Source: Podarcis tiliguerta
Lineage: Eukaryota
DNA: 64,000 bases
Strand: one strand, 5' to 3'
Assembly (NCBI GenBank): GCA_965153285.1
Contig: OZ229125.1
How positions within the stretch are numbered: the first letter of the stretch is position 1; each line of letters begins with the position of its first letter. Both the position numbers and the translations under genes were made by a program. Below, in pieces: positions 9,961-21,799 of the stretch. The notes under the pieces were generated by a model. It saw nothing but the letters and a program-made list of their open reading frames with translations, was not told where the DNA came from and did no database searches.

Positions 9961-12900
9961 AGAACTGCAGCTGGTCCACTTGCCTAAAACAGCATTTATT
10001 TATTCTTTTAAATGTTAGTTCATAGGAATTTTTAAAAACAGGAACTGTGGGCGTAAGATGCTGGGCCCGGGGAGAGATGGGAGGCGGTCTGTTAATTGAG
10101 CCCCTTTGATTTATTCCTGCGATCCAGAACGTGCGCAAGGAAGCTGGGGTGTATTTTTAAAACCCTCCCCTCCCCACTCAGGGTACAGATCCATTTGGGT
10201 TTCTAATTTCTGGGTCTCTGCGCCCGGATTAGCCTTGTGTTGTGAATTGCTGGCGATGTCAGGGGAAAGAAGAACTTCCTTATATGGCCAGCGGGTTTTT
10301 CTTTTCTATAAAAAAGCATCCTCTCTGCGGTGGATGATTCGCACTGCAACATCCTTGTTGAAAAATAAGGGATGTGTTTTTAATGTGCATCAAATAATTA
10401 CACTTGTCAGCAGTAAATTCACAGGGCAAAGGAAACGTCAGTTGCTCTTTCTATTTAAAAGTTGCTATTTGAAAAACATTTCCCAAATACAACTTTTGGT
10501 ACTTGTAGTCCTGTGTCTGGACCTGTGGGCTGGAGGTTACTAAAAGGACGCTAGGCTGATACCTTGATCCAGCCCTGGTTTGCTGGGTCCCCTGTGAATC
10601 AGTACCGTTGATCACATTTCTTGGGGTTTAAAAGACTGGCATTTAGAAGACATCTGTAGGCAGACCTGTATCAGGAATTTTTTTAGTGTTTGATGTTTTA
10701 TTATGTTTTTATCTATTTTGTAAACTGCCCAGAGTGGCTTATTATTATTATTTTTTATTTAACTGTACTCATTTGCCCCAAATGACCTACATTGACCAGA
10801 GCAGCAGGTACAGTGATACCTTGGGTTCAGAACTTAATTCGTTCTGGAGGTCTGTTCTTAACCTGAAACTGTTCTTAACCTGAGGTACCACTTTAGCTAA
10901 TGGGGCCTCCCGCTGCCACCGCACCGCTGGTGTGCAATTTCTGTTCTCATCCTGAAGCAAAGTTCTTAACCCGAGGTACTATTTCTGGGTTAGTGGAGTC
11001 TGTAACCTGAAGCGTATGTAACCTGAGGTACCACTGTACTTTAATGAACACCTTATGTTTCACTCTAGACCAGGTGTGGGGAACCTTTGGGTCCTCCAGG
11101 TGTTGCTGAGCTTCGACTCCCATCAGACCCAGAAAGCAAGGCATATTGCCCAGGATGATGGGAGTTGTAGCTCAGCAACATCTGGAGGACCCAAAAGTCC
11201 CCCCCCCCCAATGCTTTAGATACATTGACTTCTGTATTATGTGGGTTGGTCCTGCCTAGCAGCAGAGGTTGGATTTGTTGACCTTCTCATCCAGGGGTGG
11301 GAAACCTGACTCTGGACCTCGTAAGACTCCAACTCCCATCATCCCCAATTATTGGTTTTGTAGACTGACACTAAACCTCTGCTGCCTTGTGGGATATCTT
11401 TGGGGAAAGCAAAGACTAAGGAGTAAGCAAACCCTACATGAATCCAGAGTGGAGTCCCTAAGGGGGTTGGATGGCGCCTTGTACGCCTCCTTCCAGCAAC
11501 TCCTGCAGCCAAGCTGGTGCCAAATGTCTTGCTCTCCTTTCCTTTGGACCACATCAGTGAGGCTGAGAGGGGGGTCTTGTTGTCTGGGCAGCCCAATACC
11601 TCCATGCACACTGCCCAGGCTTGTGCCCAGGGAGGTCACATTGGTGCTGCTATTGCAGCAATTTGTCTTTACCCCTGGAGGTGCACTCCATTGTCTCGAG
11701 ATGCCAGCAACAAGGCTGAGACTAATCAGAGTTGGAGCCCAAGGATATCTGGAGAACCACAACTTACCTATTCCACTGAGCAGCTGAGCAATTTGAGGGA
11801 GTGAAGCCCATCCCAGAACAGGGGTAGCCCTTGAAATATTTTGGACTACCAGCCCAATTAGCATCAACTGGTTTAGCCAATGCCAGTGAATAATGGGAGT
11901 TGTAGGCTACAGCGTTGAGGGTCCCACACTGACTACCCACTGACCTGGAGCAAGAATAATATAATAATTCCAATTGTAGAGTTGGAAGGTACCCCAAGGG
12001 TCCAGACCAACCCCCTGCAATCCAGGAATTTTGGCACGTGGTTCCCTATCCAATTTGAAACCATAGCGGACCCTGCTTAGCTTTGCAAACATGATAGCAG
12101 TTTTATTGCTGCACCACAAGGAGGAGAATGCTTAGGTGGTTGTTACTTTAAAAGTTGCTTTATATTGGGTCAGATCATTGGTTCATCTGTACTGTCTACA
12201 CTGGGGAGAGAGAGGCCTCAGGCCCCTCTCCACGGCCCTCAGGATTATTCTCAGGCCACACCCCTCGCTGGACCTCCTTCATACTCTCCTTGAGTGCATT
12301 TGCTTGGCTGAAAAATGCCTGACTTTAACGAAGGATGGAGAAACCCTCTGACTCGTGTGTGGCTAAAATGAAGCCTGCCGGACGCAGGAAGGAGGGGCTT
12401 CCACTGCCCTGCAGACCTTTGCCCCTGGCTCTGCCTACTGCTGGTATGTGGCCCCCGGAAAGTTCCTCCACAAAGGAATGTGGCCCTCAGGATAAAAAAG
12501 GTCCCACTGTCCCTGGCCCAGCTCGACTGGCAGCTGCTGTCCATGGTTCCAGGCAGGGGACACCCCTAGTCCTACCCAGAGATGTCAAGGATTGTAGCAG
12601 GACCTGCTCCTCGCAAGGCAGATGCTCTGCCAATGAGCTGTCTCTTCCCATGAATGCTGCTCTTTGTCGCTGCCTCTTTCCCATTTGCTCCCCTTGCTGG
12701 AAGCAGACAGAAACAAAAAAGGAGAAAGAAGATCTATTGGAGGACCTGGCAGTTGTTAACTCAGGTGGCACCTTTAATAATTGTGCAGCAGAAGAGGGGA
12801 TCTCAACAGGTGCTGCTTTGTGAAGCAAGCTTGAACCTGCTGCGATCCCCACTTCTGCACAACTAGTAAAGGTGCAGGAGCTCTGCCTTCATTTCTACTT

Positions 12901-15900
12901 GGCCACATGACTTGTGGGCCGGGAGGCCAATATTTGCCAACCCCTATTCTAGCCTTTGGGTGCTGTGACCGGCTAAAGAGCCTCCAGGGACTGGGGAACT
13001 CTGACGCTTCTGTACATTTTTGGGAAAGCATAGAAACAGCTTTTCTGTGTGCTGGTGGCCTTTTGTTACTGATTATCCCTTCTCTTCCCTCTTACAGGCT
13101 TATCATTCCACTCTTATGGACCCAGACACCAAACTGATTGGGAACATGGCGTTGTTGCCTATCAGGAGTCAGTTCAAAGGGCCGGCACCCAGGGAAAGTA
13201 AGTTCACAGCAGGCCTCAAAAGGGTGTTTTCCGCAACACGGAAGGGCTGTCCCTCAGTGGTAGAACATCTGCCTTGTTCACAGAAGGCCCCAGGTTCAAT
13301 CTTTCAATAGGACTGGAAGGGTTTCCCTGCCGGAAACTCTGGAGAGCTGCTGCCAGTCAGTACACACAGTACTAATCTAGATGGACCAAGGGCCTGGCTT
13401 TATATAAGGCAGATTCCTATGTTAGGATCCTGAAGCAGTTTATTATTTGTATCTGACAGAGTTACCCCAGCCACTCTGGGTTGCTTGGGAACTACACTTC
13501 CCAGGATTCCTGGGGGGAAGCCATGACTGCTTAAAGTGTTATGGTACTGCTTTAAATGTACACTGCAAATTGGGTCTAGGAAAAAAAATGCCTATGTAAA
13601 CAAATGTGTTCTTAATAGTTCCCAGAAGCACCCTGATAGTGGGGTAGGAATAGGTATTTCTAAGAGGGGACTCCCCTACAGAGAAGTCCCTTTTCTGTGT
13701 TGTTGTCAAGCAACATATTTTGAAAAGCAGCACCATTAATGAGGTTTAGGGTGCATGTCAAAGCATTCTGTGTAGGCATGCATTTCACATGGGTAGTTCT
13801 TGAGCTCTGTATTCTACCTAGGTAAAGGTAAAGGACCCCTGACAGTTAAGTCCAGTCATGGACGACTCTGGGGTTGTGACGCTCATCTCGCTTTACTGGC
13901 CGAGGGAGCTGGCGTTTGTCTGCAGACAGCTTCTGGGTCATGTGGCCAGCATGACTAAGCTGCTTCTGGCGAAACCAGAGCAGCGCATGAAAACATTGTT
14001 TACCTTCCCACCTATTAATCTACTTGCACTTTGACGTGTTTTCGAACTGCTAGGTTGGCAGGAGCAGGGACTGAGCAACAGGAGCTCACTCCATTGCAGG
14101 GATTCGAACCGCCGACCTTCCAATGGGCAAGCCCTAGGCTCTGTGGTTTGGAACACAGTGCCAGCCTAACCTTATGTGTAGTATTTAAAGTACTAGAAAC
14201 TGAAGCTGCAATCCTTTAAGATGCATTCTCAGCTGGGAGTAAGTCCAATTGAACTGGGTGGGGCTTACTTTTGCAGTGTCAATCAGACATCTTCAGGAGT
14301 CAGCTTGCATTTCTTGCGATGCCTTGTTTTCTTATAATATTCCAAGTACATCTATCTTCTTTCTCTTTCTTGGTAGCAAAAGATACAGACATCATAGATG
14401 AAGCCATTTACTACTTCAAAGCAAATGTCTTCTTTAAAAATTATGAAATCAAGGTAAGGAGGATGGAAAAACCTGCTTTGAAATGCTTGCTGTGCATTCT
14501 GGAGGGCCAGGGACTTGTTTTCGGAAACAATAGGATTGTATCTACTTGGAGCTGACCCATTGACATTAATGGGCATGGCTAACTTAGATCCATCAATTTC
14601 AGTGGTTCTACTCTGAGTAGAACTTAAATGGACACAACCCAAAGAAATTAAATATAGACATAAGAAGAAGAAGAGGAGTTTGGATTTGATATCCTGCTTT
14701 ATCACTACCCAAAGGAGTCTCAAAGCGGCTAACATTCTCCTTTCCCTTCCTCCCCCACAACAAACACTCTGTGAGGTGAGTGGGGCTGAGAGACTTCAGA
14801 GAAGCGTGACTGGCCCAAGGTCACCCAGCAGCTGCATGTGGAGGAGCGGAGACGCGAACCTGGTTCACCAGATTACGAGACTACTGCTCTTAACCACTAT
14901 ACCACACTGGCTCTCTAGTGACTTAAGTACCCAAAAACAAAACAAAACAACCTGTGATTTGCATATTAAAGGGATCAGTTGCTCCTGCTATTAGAACAGC
15001 CCTGCTGGAAGCTTCCCCTTATCCAGGGCCTCTTTTCTCAAAATAGGCCAGCCAGAAGGTTCCAGCAGGCCCCCAATAATGGATGAAGGCAATTTCCCCG
15101 GTCAGCTGGTGTGCGGAGGTTGACTGCATCTGGATAAGGAGGCTCCATTATCCTGGCTAATAAACCTGTCCCCCCTTGTCTGATCCCCTTTTAAAGTCTT
15201 TTAAGATATTGATGCATTAATCATGTATTGAACAAGGACATTCCCAATGATTTTCAATCAGCGCTAGTATTATAGAAGAGGAACAGTGTGTGTGTTGAAT
15301 AATCCCCATGCACGACATTCACACAATGAGTGGCAATGCTTATGGTTCACTTGTTTGATTCCCCTTACTCCCACTTGGTCTGTTTCATCTGCTTTCATAT
15401 TGCTATTTTATTGGCTCTAGGCTGCATTTTTAGTAACTTTTTTTTTATTTTAAAAAAGTGTTGTATGCTGCTTACAGATTTTAAATAAACAAATAGAGAC
15501 TACGGCGCCATCTTAACACAACGAGGAGGTGCCAGTTGGTTTGGGCAAACTAAGATTGCAGAAAGAGGTGAAGAAAAGAGATATTAAGTTTTCCCAGGAG
15601 ATGACTTGGATTTATTTTTATTTTTAGAATGAGGCCGACAGAACTTTGATCTACATAACACTCTACATTACGGAGTGCTTGAAAAAGCTGCAGAAGGTAA
15701 CAGCATTGAAAAGGGCGCTAGCCTTGTCTGCCTCCATGAACTTTGTCTGCCAAGGCTAATGAGTCAGGATGTTGCTCTCATTCCCAGGAAGCACCTTTGG
15801 GCCCCCATCCTGCTTGTTAGCTTCCCAGGAGTAAATGGTTGGCCACTGTGAGAACAGAATACTGCTTTCAGACCCAGCCAGGAGGATGTTCCTTATGTGC

Positions 15901-18734
15901 TGAGAGCTGGTTGTTGCTTTTAAGCCGAAGGAAATAAAAGTTTAAAAACAAGAAAATATAAATGTATTATTTTCCTATGTCTGTCCTTGTTGGGGGTGGG
16001 GTTGACAATTAAAATAAAACTGTAACCGTTCTTAGGGATTACAGTGGGTATGGGGATACTGCAGAGCAAGTCCCTTTGAACACAGCAGAACTTGCTTCTG
16101 AGTAAAGACACACAGGATCCTGCTGTAATACTGCCAGTTGTGTGTTGCATGTACATTGCATTTTGTGTTGTCTTAAGTGGCTCATGCTTCCTTGTGCTCT
16201 CTTTTCCTCCAGTGTAATTCCAAAGGCCAGGGAGAAAAAGAAATGTATACATTAGGAATAACAAATTTCCCCATCCCTGGGGAGCCAGGATTTCCACTGA
16301 ACGCTCTCTATGCCAGACCTAGCAGCAAACAGGAAGAAGGTAAGGGCAAGGTAACAATGCGGACTGCAAGCTTGAATTGGTGGATTTAATCCACTTACAG
16401 CTGAATGTTAAACATGCTCATTCATCGACCTTACTGAACTACAGGGGGCTTACCTCTGGATTAAGGGTGTACAGTATAGGATTGGATCCTTCCTCTCATT
16501 GCATTTAGAGTAGGACGCAAAGCAGCCTCTGCCCCCATTTCCCCACAACTTCATTTTCAGTGTAGCATTTCCTCAAGCTCCTACTCTTTCAATCTTGCGA
16601 ACCTACAACTTGATTTAGAGGTCTGGGTGTGCCTGTGCCCCATGCAGTCTGATGGAGAGAGCAGCTCTGCCTGGGCAACAGAATGGGCAGCTGGGCTTTC
16701 TCCATCGGATCGGGGAGACGTTTCATGGCAGCTTGCTGCATGTGAACCGGCATCACGTTCCGAGGAACCAGAGGCTTCAGGTGTCCACTTAGTCCAGCAG
16801 AGAACATCCCAGCTTGTTTTGTAGGCAGCTTTCAAAGAGAGGAGAGGGGCAAAGCCAGCTTCAGCTGCAGGCTGGCTGCCAAAACCACCTTTTGGGAGGT
16901 GGCATAGCAAAACTAGTTGCAAGGTGTTGAAAATACCGTATTATTTGGGAAAGCAGGACACCATGAGGCTGTTTAGTATGAGAATGGGAGAAAATCATTT
17001 AACATGGTTTTATTGTACTTGTATTTATTTAATGTGTTTATATCTACTGTAAACTTATGGGATCAACAGCTAAATGGAAATATTATTAATATTTTTTTTA
17101 ATTCATCAAAACTGTGACTGAATGGGAGCTATAATATGATCTGGCCTTGGTTGTGGAGTGTACGTCTTTGTTTTTCAGAGATTATGAGGGCCTACTTGCA
17201 GCAGCTGAGGCAGGAAACCGGCCTGAGGCTTTGTGAAAAGGTCTTTGATCCCCAGAGTGACAAACCAAGCAAGGTCAGATATTGCTCTCCTCTGTGACTT
17301 GGCTCTACTGAAGCTAGGAGTGGCTCACCTGTGGTGGTGCTGGGGACTCCCTTCAGTCCCAGCCAAGTTAGCCATCCTTGGTTTAAGTCTCAGCAGACTC
17401 CTGACAGAACAGAAGTGCTTCCTTTCTGTCAGGCCTGGGGAACCAGTGGCCTTCCAGATGTTGGACTACAGAGCCCATCATCCCTGATCACTGACTCAGG
17501 CTGATGGGGGATAAAGTCCAACACCTTCTGAGTGCCACAGGTTCCCCACCTCTGCCTTATGTTTTTTGGGTTTTTTAGAAGGACCAGTGGAATTTGCCAA
17601 ATAATTCATATATTTAAATTAAAACCCTCTGTTCATATCTACGTATTAGTTGTGTACATCCATGGCGATGTCCTCAGGGTGTTGGATTCCCATTTCCCCT
17701 GCCTCAGCAAGCATTGTCACTGGTCAGGGATGATGACAGTTGCAGTGCAAGGACATCTAGAGAGCCCCAGGCTGGGGCAGGCTGTTTTATGGCATTGTAC
17801 CTTAAGCTGTGCGCTGCTCTGGTTCTCCAGAAGCGGCTTAGTCATCCTGGCCATGTGACCCGGAAGCTGTACACCGGCTCCCTCGGCCAATAAAGCAAGA
17901 TGAGCGCAGCAACCCCAGAGTCGGCCACGACTGGACCCAATGGTCAGGGGTCCCTTTACCTTTCCTTAAGCCAATTTGATAGGGTGTGGTATATTACCAA
18001 ATAAATACAGAGAGTCTTATCGGTAATCAGGGTGTGTTTTGTATGACTCTTTTTACTTTACAACATCTAGCTAGAGCAGAACCATACTTGATTGCAGACC
18101 CAGGATGGCTGCCAAAGAAAAGCTGTGTGTTTAGTTTTTCCTGAAAGTCTCTTGTGGGAGATCAGAGGGGAACGTGGCACACAGCTTCAGTTTTTCGCAG
18201 CAGCCTCATGTCTGCTATCAAGCCCAGTTATACATGGGGCTGCCTCAGTTTGGAAAGCTGGCAGGTTGCTGATCAGTGCAAGGCAGTTTAAGCATATAAC
18301 GCTAATCCTGGCCCAACTGTACTGGCTGCCAATTAGTTTATGGGGCCAGTTCCAAGTGCTGGTTTTGACCTATAAAATCTTAAGTGGTTCAAGACCTCAA
18401 GGACTGCCTCTCCCCACCTGAGCAACTCCGGACCCTGTGATCAGCATCTGAGGCCCTTTCTTTGTGTGCCTCCTCCATGAGCGGTCTGGAAGGGAGCAAC
18501 ATGAGAACAGGCCTTTTCTGTGGTGGCTCCCCATTTGTGGGAGGTTCGCCTGGCACCTTCTTCACATATCTTTAGGCGTCAGGCGTCTTCTCCCAGGCCT
18601 TTGGCTGGTTAAACAATCTATGGCCTTTTAAACTATGGAGGGGGTTATTATTCTGTATATTATTATGTTAAGTATGCCTGTGTTTTAAAACTAAACTGCC
18701 CTGTGATCCTCGGATGAAGGGCAGTATAGAAATT

Positions 18735-18766
<32 letters not shown>

Positions 18767-19116
18767 TTGTGAAGTAATTTACAAAACATTGTGAAGTAAA
18801 AGCATGGATAATACGAACCCACAGTATGTGATGTCATCTCACTGAGATGTTACAGCAGCCAATCACGTGCTCCTGGTGTGACAATGTCATGTCACATCAT
18901 GAATTTTGTTAGACGTTAATGAGAGATCGGGGAGTGCAGGGATGTATTTTTCACTGCGATGTCTTTGAGGACAAGTTGCAGGGTGGAAACGGGTGTATTT
19001 CCACTTCTTCGCTTCATTTTCACACCTTGTCTCCTTTTCCCTTTGTCTCCTAGTGGTGGATGTGTTTTGTGAAAAGGCAGTTCATGAACAAGAGCCTGTC
19101 AGCACCAGGGCAGTGA
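9928..19116 (+). CDS. ARPC3: Actin-related protein 2/3 complex subunit 3 (p21-Arc), complete, 178 aa
   Basis: Exons 9928-9933, 13098-13197, 14377-14453, 15628-15696, 16213-16339, 17179-17273 and 19054-19116 total 537 nt: [74 protein letters not shown]...[20 protein letters not shown]. Confidence 0.98.
10811..11036. mobile_element. Tigger-like MITE in ARPC3 intron 1
   Basis: TA|CAGTGATACCTTGGGTT ... AACCTGAGGTACCACTG|TA. Confidence 0.82.
11380..11710 (+). mobile_element. Probable non-autonomous RTE-derived retroelement
   Basis: Ends in GCACTCCATTGTCTCGAGATGCC, resembling the RTE 3' terminus seen at ~24980-25012; the 5' boundary is approximate. Confidence 0.5.
11965..12110 (-). mobile_element. 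SINE-like element with a 5S rRNA-derived internal control region and a CR1-like 3' tail
   Basis: The minus strand AAGCTAAGCAGGGTC...TGGTT...TTGGATAGGGAACCAC aligns to the 5S A-box/C-box region and is followed by GGGGGTTGG...CCTTCCAACTCTAC. Confidence 0.6.
13098..13197 (+). CDS. ARPC3: ARPC3 exon 2
   Basis: tacag|GCTTAT...GAAA|gtaag; [33 protein letters not shown]. Confidence 0.97.
13241..13423 (+). mobile_element. Older tRNA-derived squamate SINE (related copies at ~2790-2955 and ~36675-36805)
   Basis: GGGCTGT..CTCAGTGGTAGA A box, CAGGTTCAATC B box and a shared GGAGAGCTGCTGCCAGTCAG body. Confidence 0.6.
13820..14163 (-). mobile_element. Near full-length Sauria SINE, antisense, in ARPC3 intron 2
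   Basis: AGGTAAAGGTAAAGG tail on the + strand; reverse complement of the 7618-7976 body. Confidence 0.9.
14377..14453 (+). CDS. ARPC3: ARPC3 exon 3
   Basis: ggtag|CAAAAGAT...ATCAAG|gtaag; [25 protein letters not shown]. Confidence 0.97.
14662..14915 (-). mobile_element. Squam3-type SINE with a (TTC)n tail
   Basis: Minus head GAGAGCCAGTGTGGTATAGTGGTTAAGAG, B box GGTTCGCGTCTCC, (AAG)n on the + strand; second copy at 43408-43628. Confidence 0.8.
15628..15696 (+). CDS. ARPC3: ARPC3 exon 4
   Basis: tttag|AATGAG...CAGAAG|gtaac; [23 protein letters not shown]. Confidence 0.97.
16213..16339 (+). CDS. ARPC3: ARPC3 exon 5
   Basis: tccag|TGTAAT...GAAG|gtaag; [42 protein letters not shown]. Confidence 0.97.
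17179..17273 (+). CDS. ARPC3: ARPC3 exon 6
   Basis: ttcag|AGATTATG...AGCAAG|gtcag; [31 protein letters not shown]. Confidence 0.97.
17808..17963 (+). mobile_element. 5'-truncated Sauria SINE in ARPC3 intron 6
   Basis: 3' half closely matches 7815-7976; TSD ccttaagc at 17800-17807 and 17964-17971. Confidence 0.88.
18255..18768 (+). mobile_element. L2-clade LINE 3' fragment with a (TTA)n tail
   Basis: [30 protein letters not shown] matches the L2 ORF2 motif HITP.L..LHWLP...R..FK.L.L.YK; (TTA)n at ~18733-18767. Confidence 0.8.
19054..19116 (+). CDS. ARPC3: ARPC3 exon 7 (coding part)
   Basis: cctag|TGGTGG...CAGTGA; [20 protein letters not shown]. Confidence 0.97.
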   Translation, partial: WWMCFVKRQFMNKSLSAPGQ

Positions 19117-19310
19117 AGAGCGGCGCATGTCTGTCTCACCAAAGCACTTTGCTGCCAGATGTATAAAATTTTGCCTCTGTTTTAATATATGTTTTCTACC
19201 GAGAGAGAGAATAAGCGCTTCTGTGGGGGAAAGATACCCACCGGTGGATGAAAAGGTGGAGCTAAAATCATGTGCAAACCTTGCTGAGCTGGAGCTTGAT
19301 GACGATGAGG

Positions 19311-19316
19311 AATAAA
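19311..19316 (+). terminator. ARPC3 polyadenylation signal
   Basis: AATAAA about 195 nt after the stop, followed by a GT-rich downstream element. Confidence 0.75.
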
Positions 19317-21044
19317 ATGTGGTTTCTAGCATCGTTTGGGCTGTTCTTGTGTCTTTGACAAAAATGGGTGAGGAACCTTTAGGCCCTGGGTCAACTGTGG
19401 CCCTCCAAGCCTCTTCGTCTGGCCCTTAAGATTCTCCTCACTGGCCTGCTCTGTATTTTTTATTGCTTTTGCCTGGCTGGAGTATGTCCATCAACTATGA
19501 TAACACCTCTGACTTTTATGTGGCTACTTTACAAAAGTCAGAGCCACGTCCCCTGCTTTGCCCACTTCCGCCCTGCCTGCTGTTTTCATATTGTTCCCTT
19601 TAAGGTTCCCTAGGAGGGAATGTGACTCCCGGGCTGCAAAAGGTTCTCCACCCCTTTCAGACTGTTCTTGAGTACCCTGGAGACCCTCAGAAGCCTATTG
19701 GGGAGGTTCTCAGTTGGAAGATCAGCAGCGACCAACAAGTTTCCTTTAAAGACAGTTGCTTTCCCAGCACTATGGATCTCCCAGCACAGCTGGGGCACAT
19801 GCTCAGCTTGGCTGTGAGCTTGGCTGCAAAGCCCACACACCAGTGAACTGTGTGACCAAGAACACATCCCAGGATCTTTTGGGTTCTATGGGAGACAGGC
19901 TGGCCCATCCCAAATGCTTATCTCCGTTGGCAGATTGGGAGGAGCAACAAAATCAGGACACCCACCCCAGTGCACACCACCTGTGTGTCAGAAGGAGTGT
20001 GGCTGTTTGTCTGTTGCTGTCACACTGCTTGAACTTCCATTGCTGGCAGTTTTGTGGCCAGGCAAAGCCACACAAGCCGTGCGACAGCTTCTCCGCAATG
20101 CCTGCAGTAAGTTGCAGCAGGGTAAAGAGGATCCCATATCTTGGGTGCTAAAATGGCTTGGGCCAGCCCTGGAGACAGACTGGGGGTTGTTAAACAGACC
20201 AGCAAGTGCGAGCAAAGGATTCTCTTCTTGCTTAAGAAGAGCAAGGTAAATTTAATTCAGGGGTTGCCAAACTTTTCAGCAAGTGGGCATTTTTAGAAAT
20301 CCATGAGTGTGGATGCCAGTCCCAAAATGGCTGTTGTGGGGGGCGGGGGGATATGGCATAACACAATGGCAGCTGCAGGGTGTGTGGCATAATGCAAGAA
20401 GGCTGCCATATCTAAAAGGGCAGAAAAAGGCGAGTGCACAATCTGCTGGGGGCATCCTCTGCGTCTTCTCATGCGCCACAGATTTTTTAAGGGGATATTT
20501 ATGGAAACATGCTGTGGCTGACTAGCTAGTGACCCCTGACTTGAACTCATAACTTTGGAATGAGCTGAATAGCTTTTCAGGCCAGTTTGTTGTTAGACAA
20601 GACAGTAAATCAGCTAGAGCAGCGAGGTGCAGTGAATAATGTCAGACTAGGACCTGGGAGAGACCAAGGTTTAATTCCCCACTAGGCAGTGAAGTTCACG
20701 GAGTGACCTTGGGCCAGTTGCAGACCCTCAGCCTAGCCTACCTCCCAGGGTGGTTGTGAGGATAAAACGGGAAAAGAGAAGAATGCACCCCAGTTTGAGC
20801 TTTTTGGGTATAAATATAATGAAATCCTGCAACAAAGCTAAGCAAGAAATGTGCCTCCATAACCAAATATATTTAAATGATGCTAGACTAGATGGGACCT
20901 TTGGTCTGATCCAGCAGGACTCTGATGTTCTTACTCTTGAGGAACCCACCTCACAAGAGGCTTTGTCTCAGGGAATTTTTATCTTTTCAATGTTTTTAAT
21001 TTGTGCAGCTTTTTAGTAGCTGATTTTTACCTTCCTGTTCCTTG

Positions 21045-21603
21045 CATAGCTGTCAAGTGTCCCTTATTTGAAGGGACAGTCCCTTATTCCAGCGCCATGT
21101 CCCGCTGCTGTCCCTTATTGATGGATGACCCTCAAATCATGTCCCTTAAATTTCAAAGGAAGCAGCTCCTCTCCCTCCCTCCCTGCTGGCCGGCCAGGGA
21201 GGAGGGAGGCTCCAGCTGTGTTGCTTGGCTGTGTTGCTCACCCAATAAGAAGTCTAAGAACGACTGGGAGGGGGTGGAGCTTGCATGCCTTGTGTGTGGC
21301 TAGTTAATGCAAGCTGAGGGGGTTTTTGAATGCTGGACGCCATTTTGTTGCACGTGCCGCTGCAAACTTTGCAGTGCAAAGCCAGGCCGGGGAGCCATCT
21401 TAAGTTGAGGCAGCATAGGCCTTGTGGTGCATGTGATTCAGATTCTATTCAGTTGAACCTCTGGTTACAAAGTTGGTGGGACAGGGTTCTCGAAGCTACC
21501 AGCATGAGTTTGACCAGACTGCAGGAGGACAGGAAGACTGGAGTGCCTGGAACAGGTGAGGCTGCAGGTCCCTTATTTTCAAATCTGTAAGTTGACAGCT
21601 ATG
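21045..21603. mobile_element. hAT MITE (CATAGCTGTCAA TIRs) upstream of ANAPC7
   Basis: 12-bp perfect TIRs; perfect 8-bp TSD gttccttg (21037-21044 / 21604-21611); subterminal CCCTTATT repeats. Confidence 0.9.
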
Positions 21604-21799
21604 GTTCCTTGTTTTATATTAACGTCTCCCCTTATTAATGTTCTACAGTTGTGTTTTAGCGGTGAAATCTTAGGAGAAAGCGCTATTGTTGTATCAAATT
21701 CAAGACGAGGAGTGTTTGACCTCCACCAATGGCGCGCCTTTTATATTGATATGTGGGTAAAATCCGCCCAAGGGGTTTGCACCAAGCTGAGGCATAGCT

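Noticed and set aside
12036-12100. Possible 5S rRNA gene
   Set aside because: Only the internal control region is similar and it is diverged; both 5S ends are missing.
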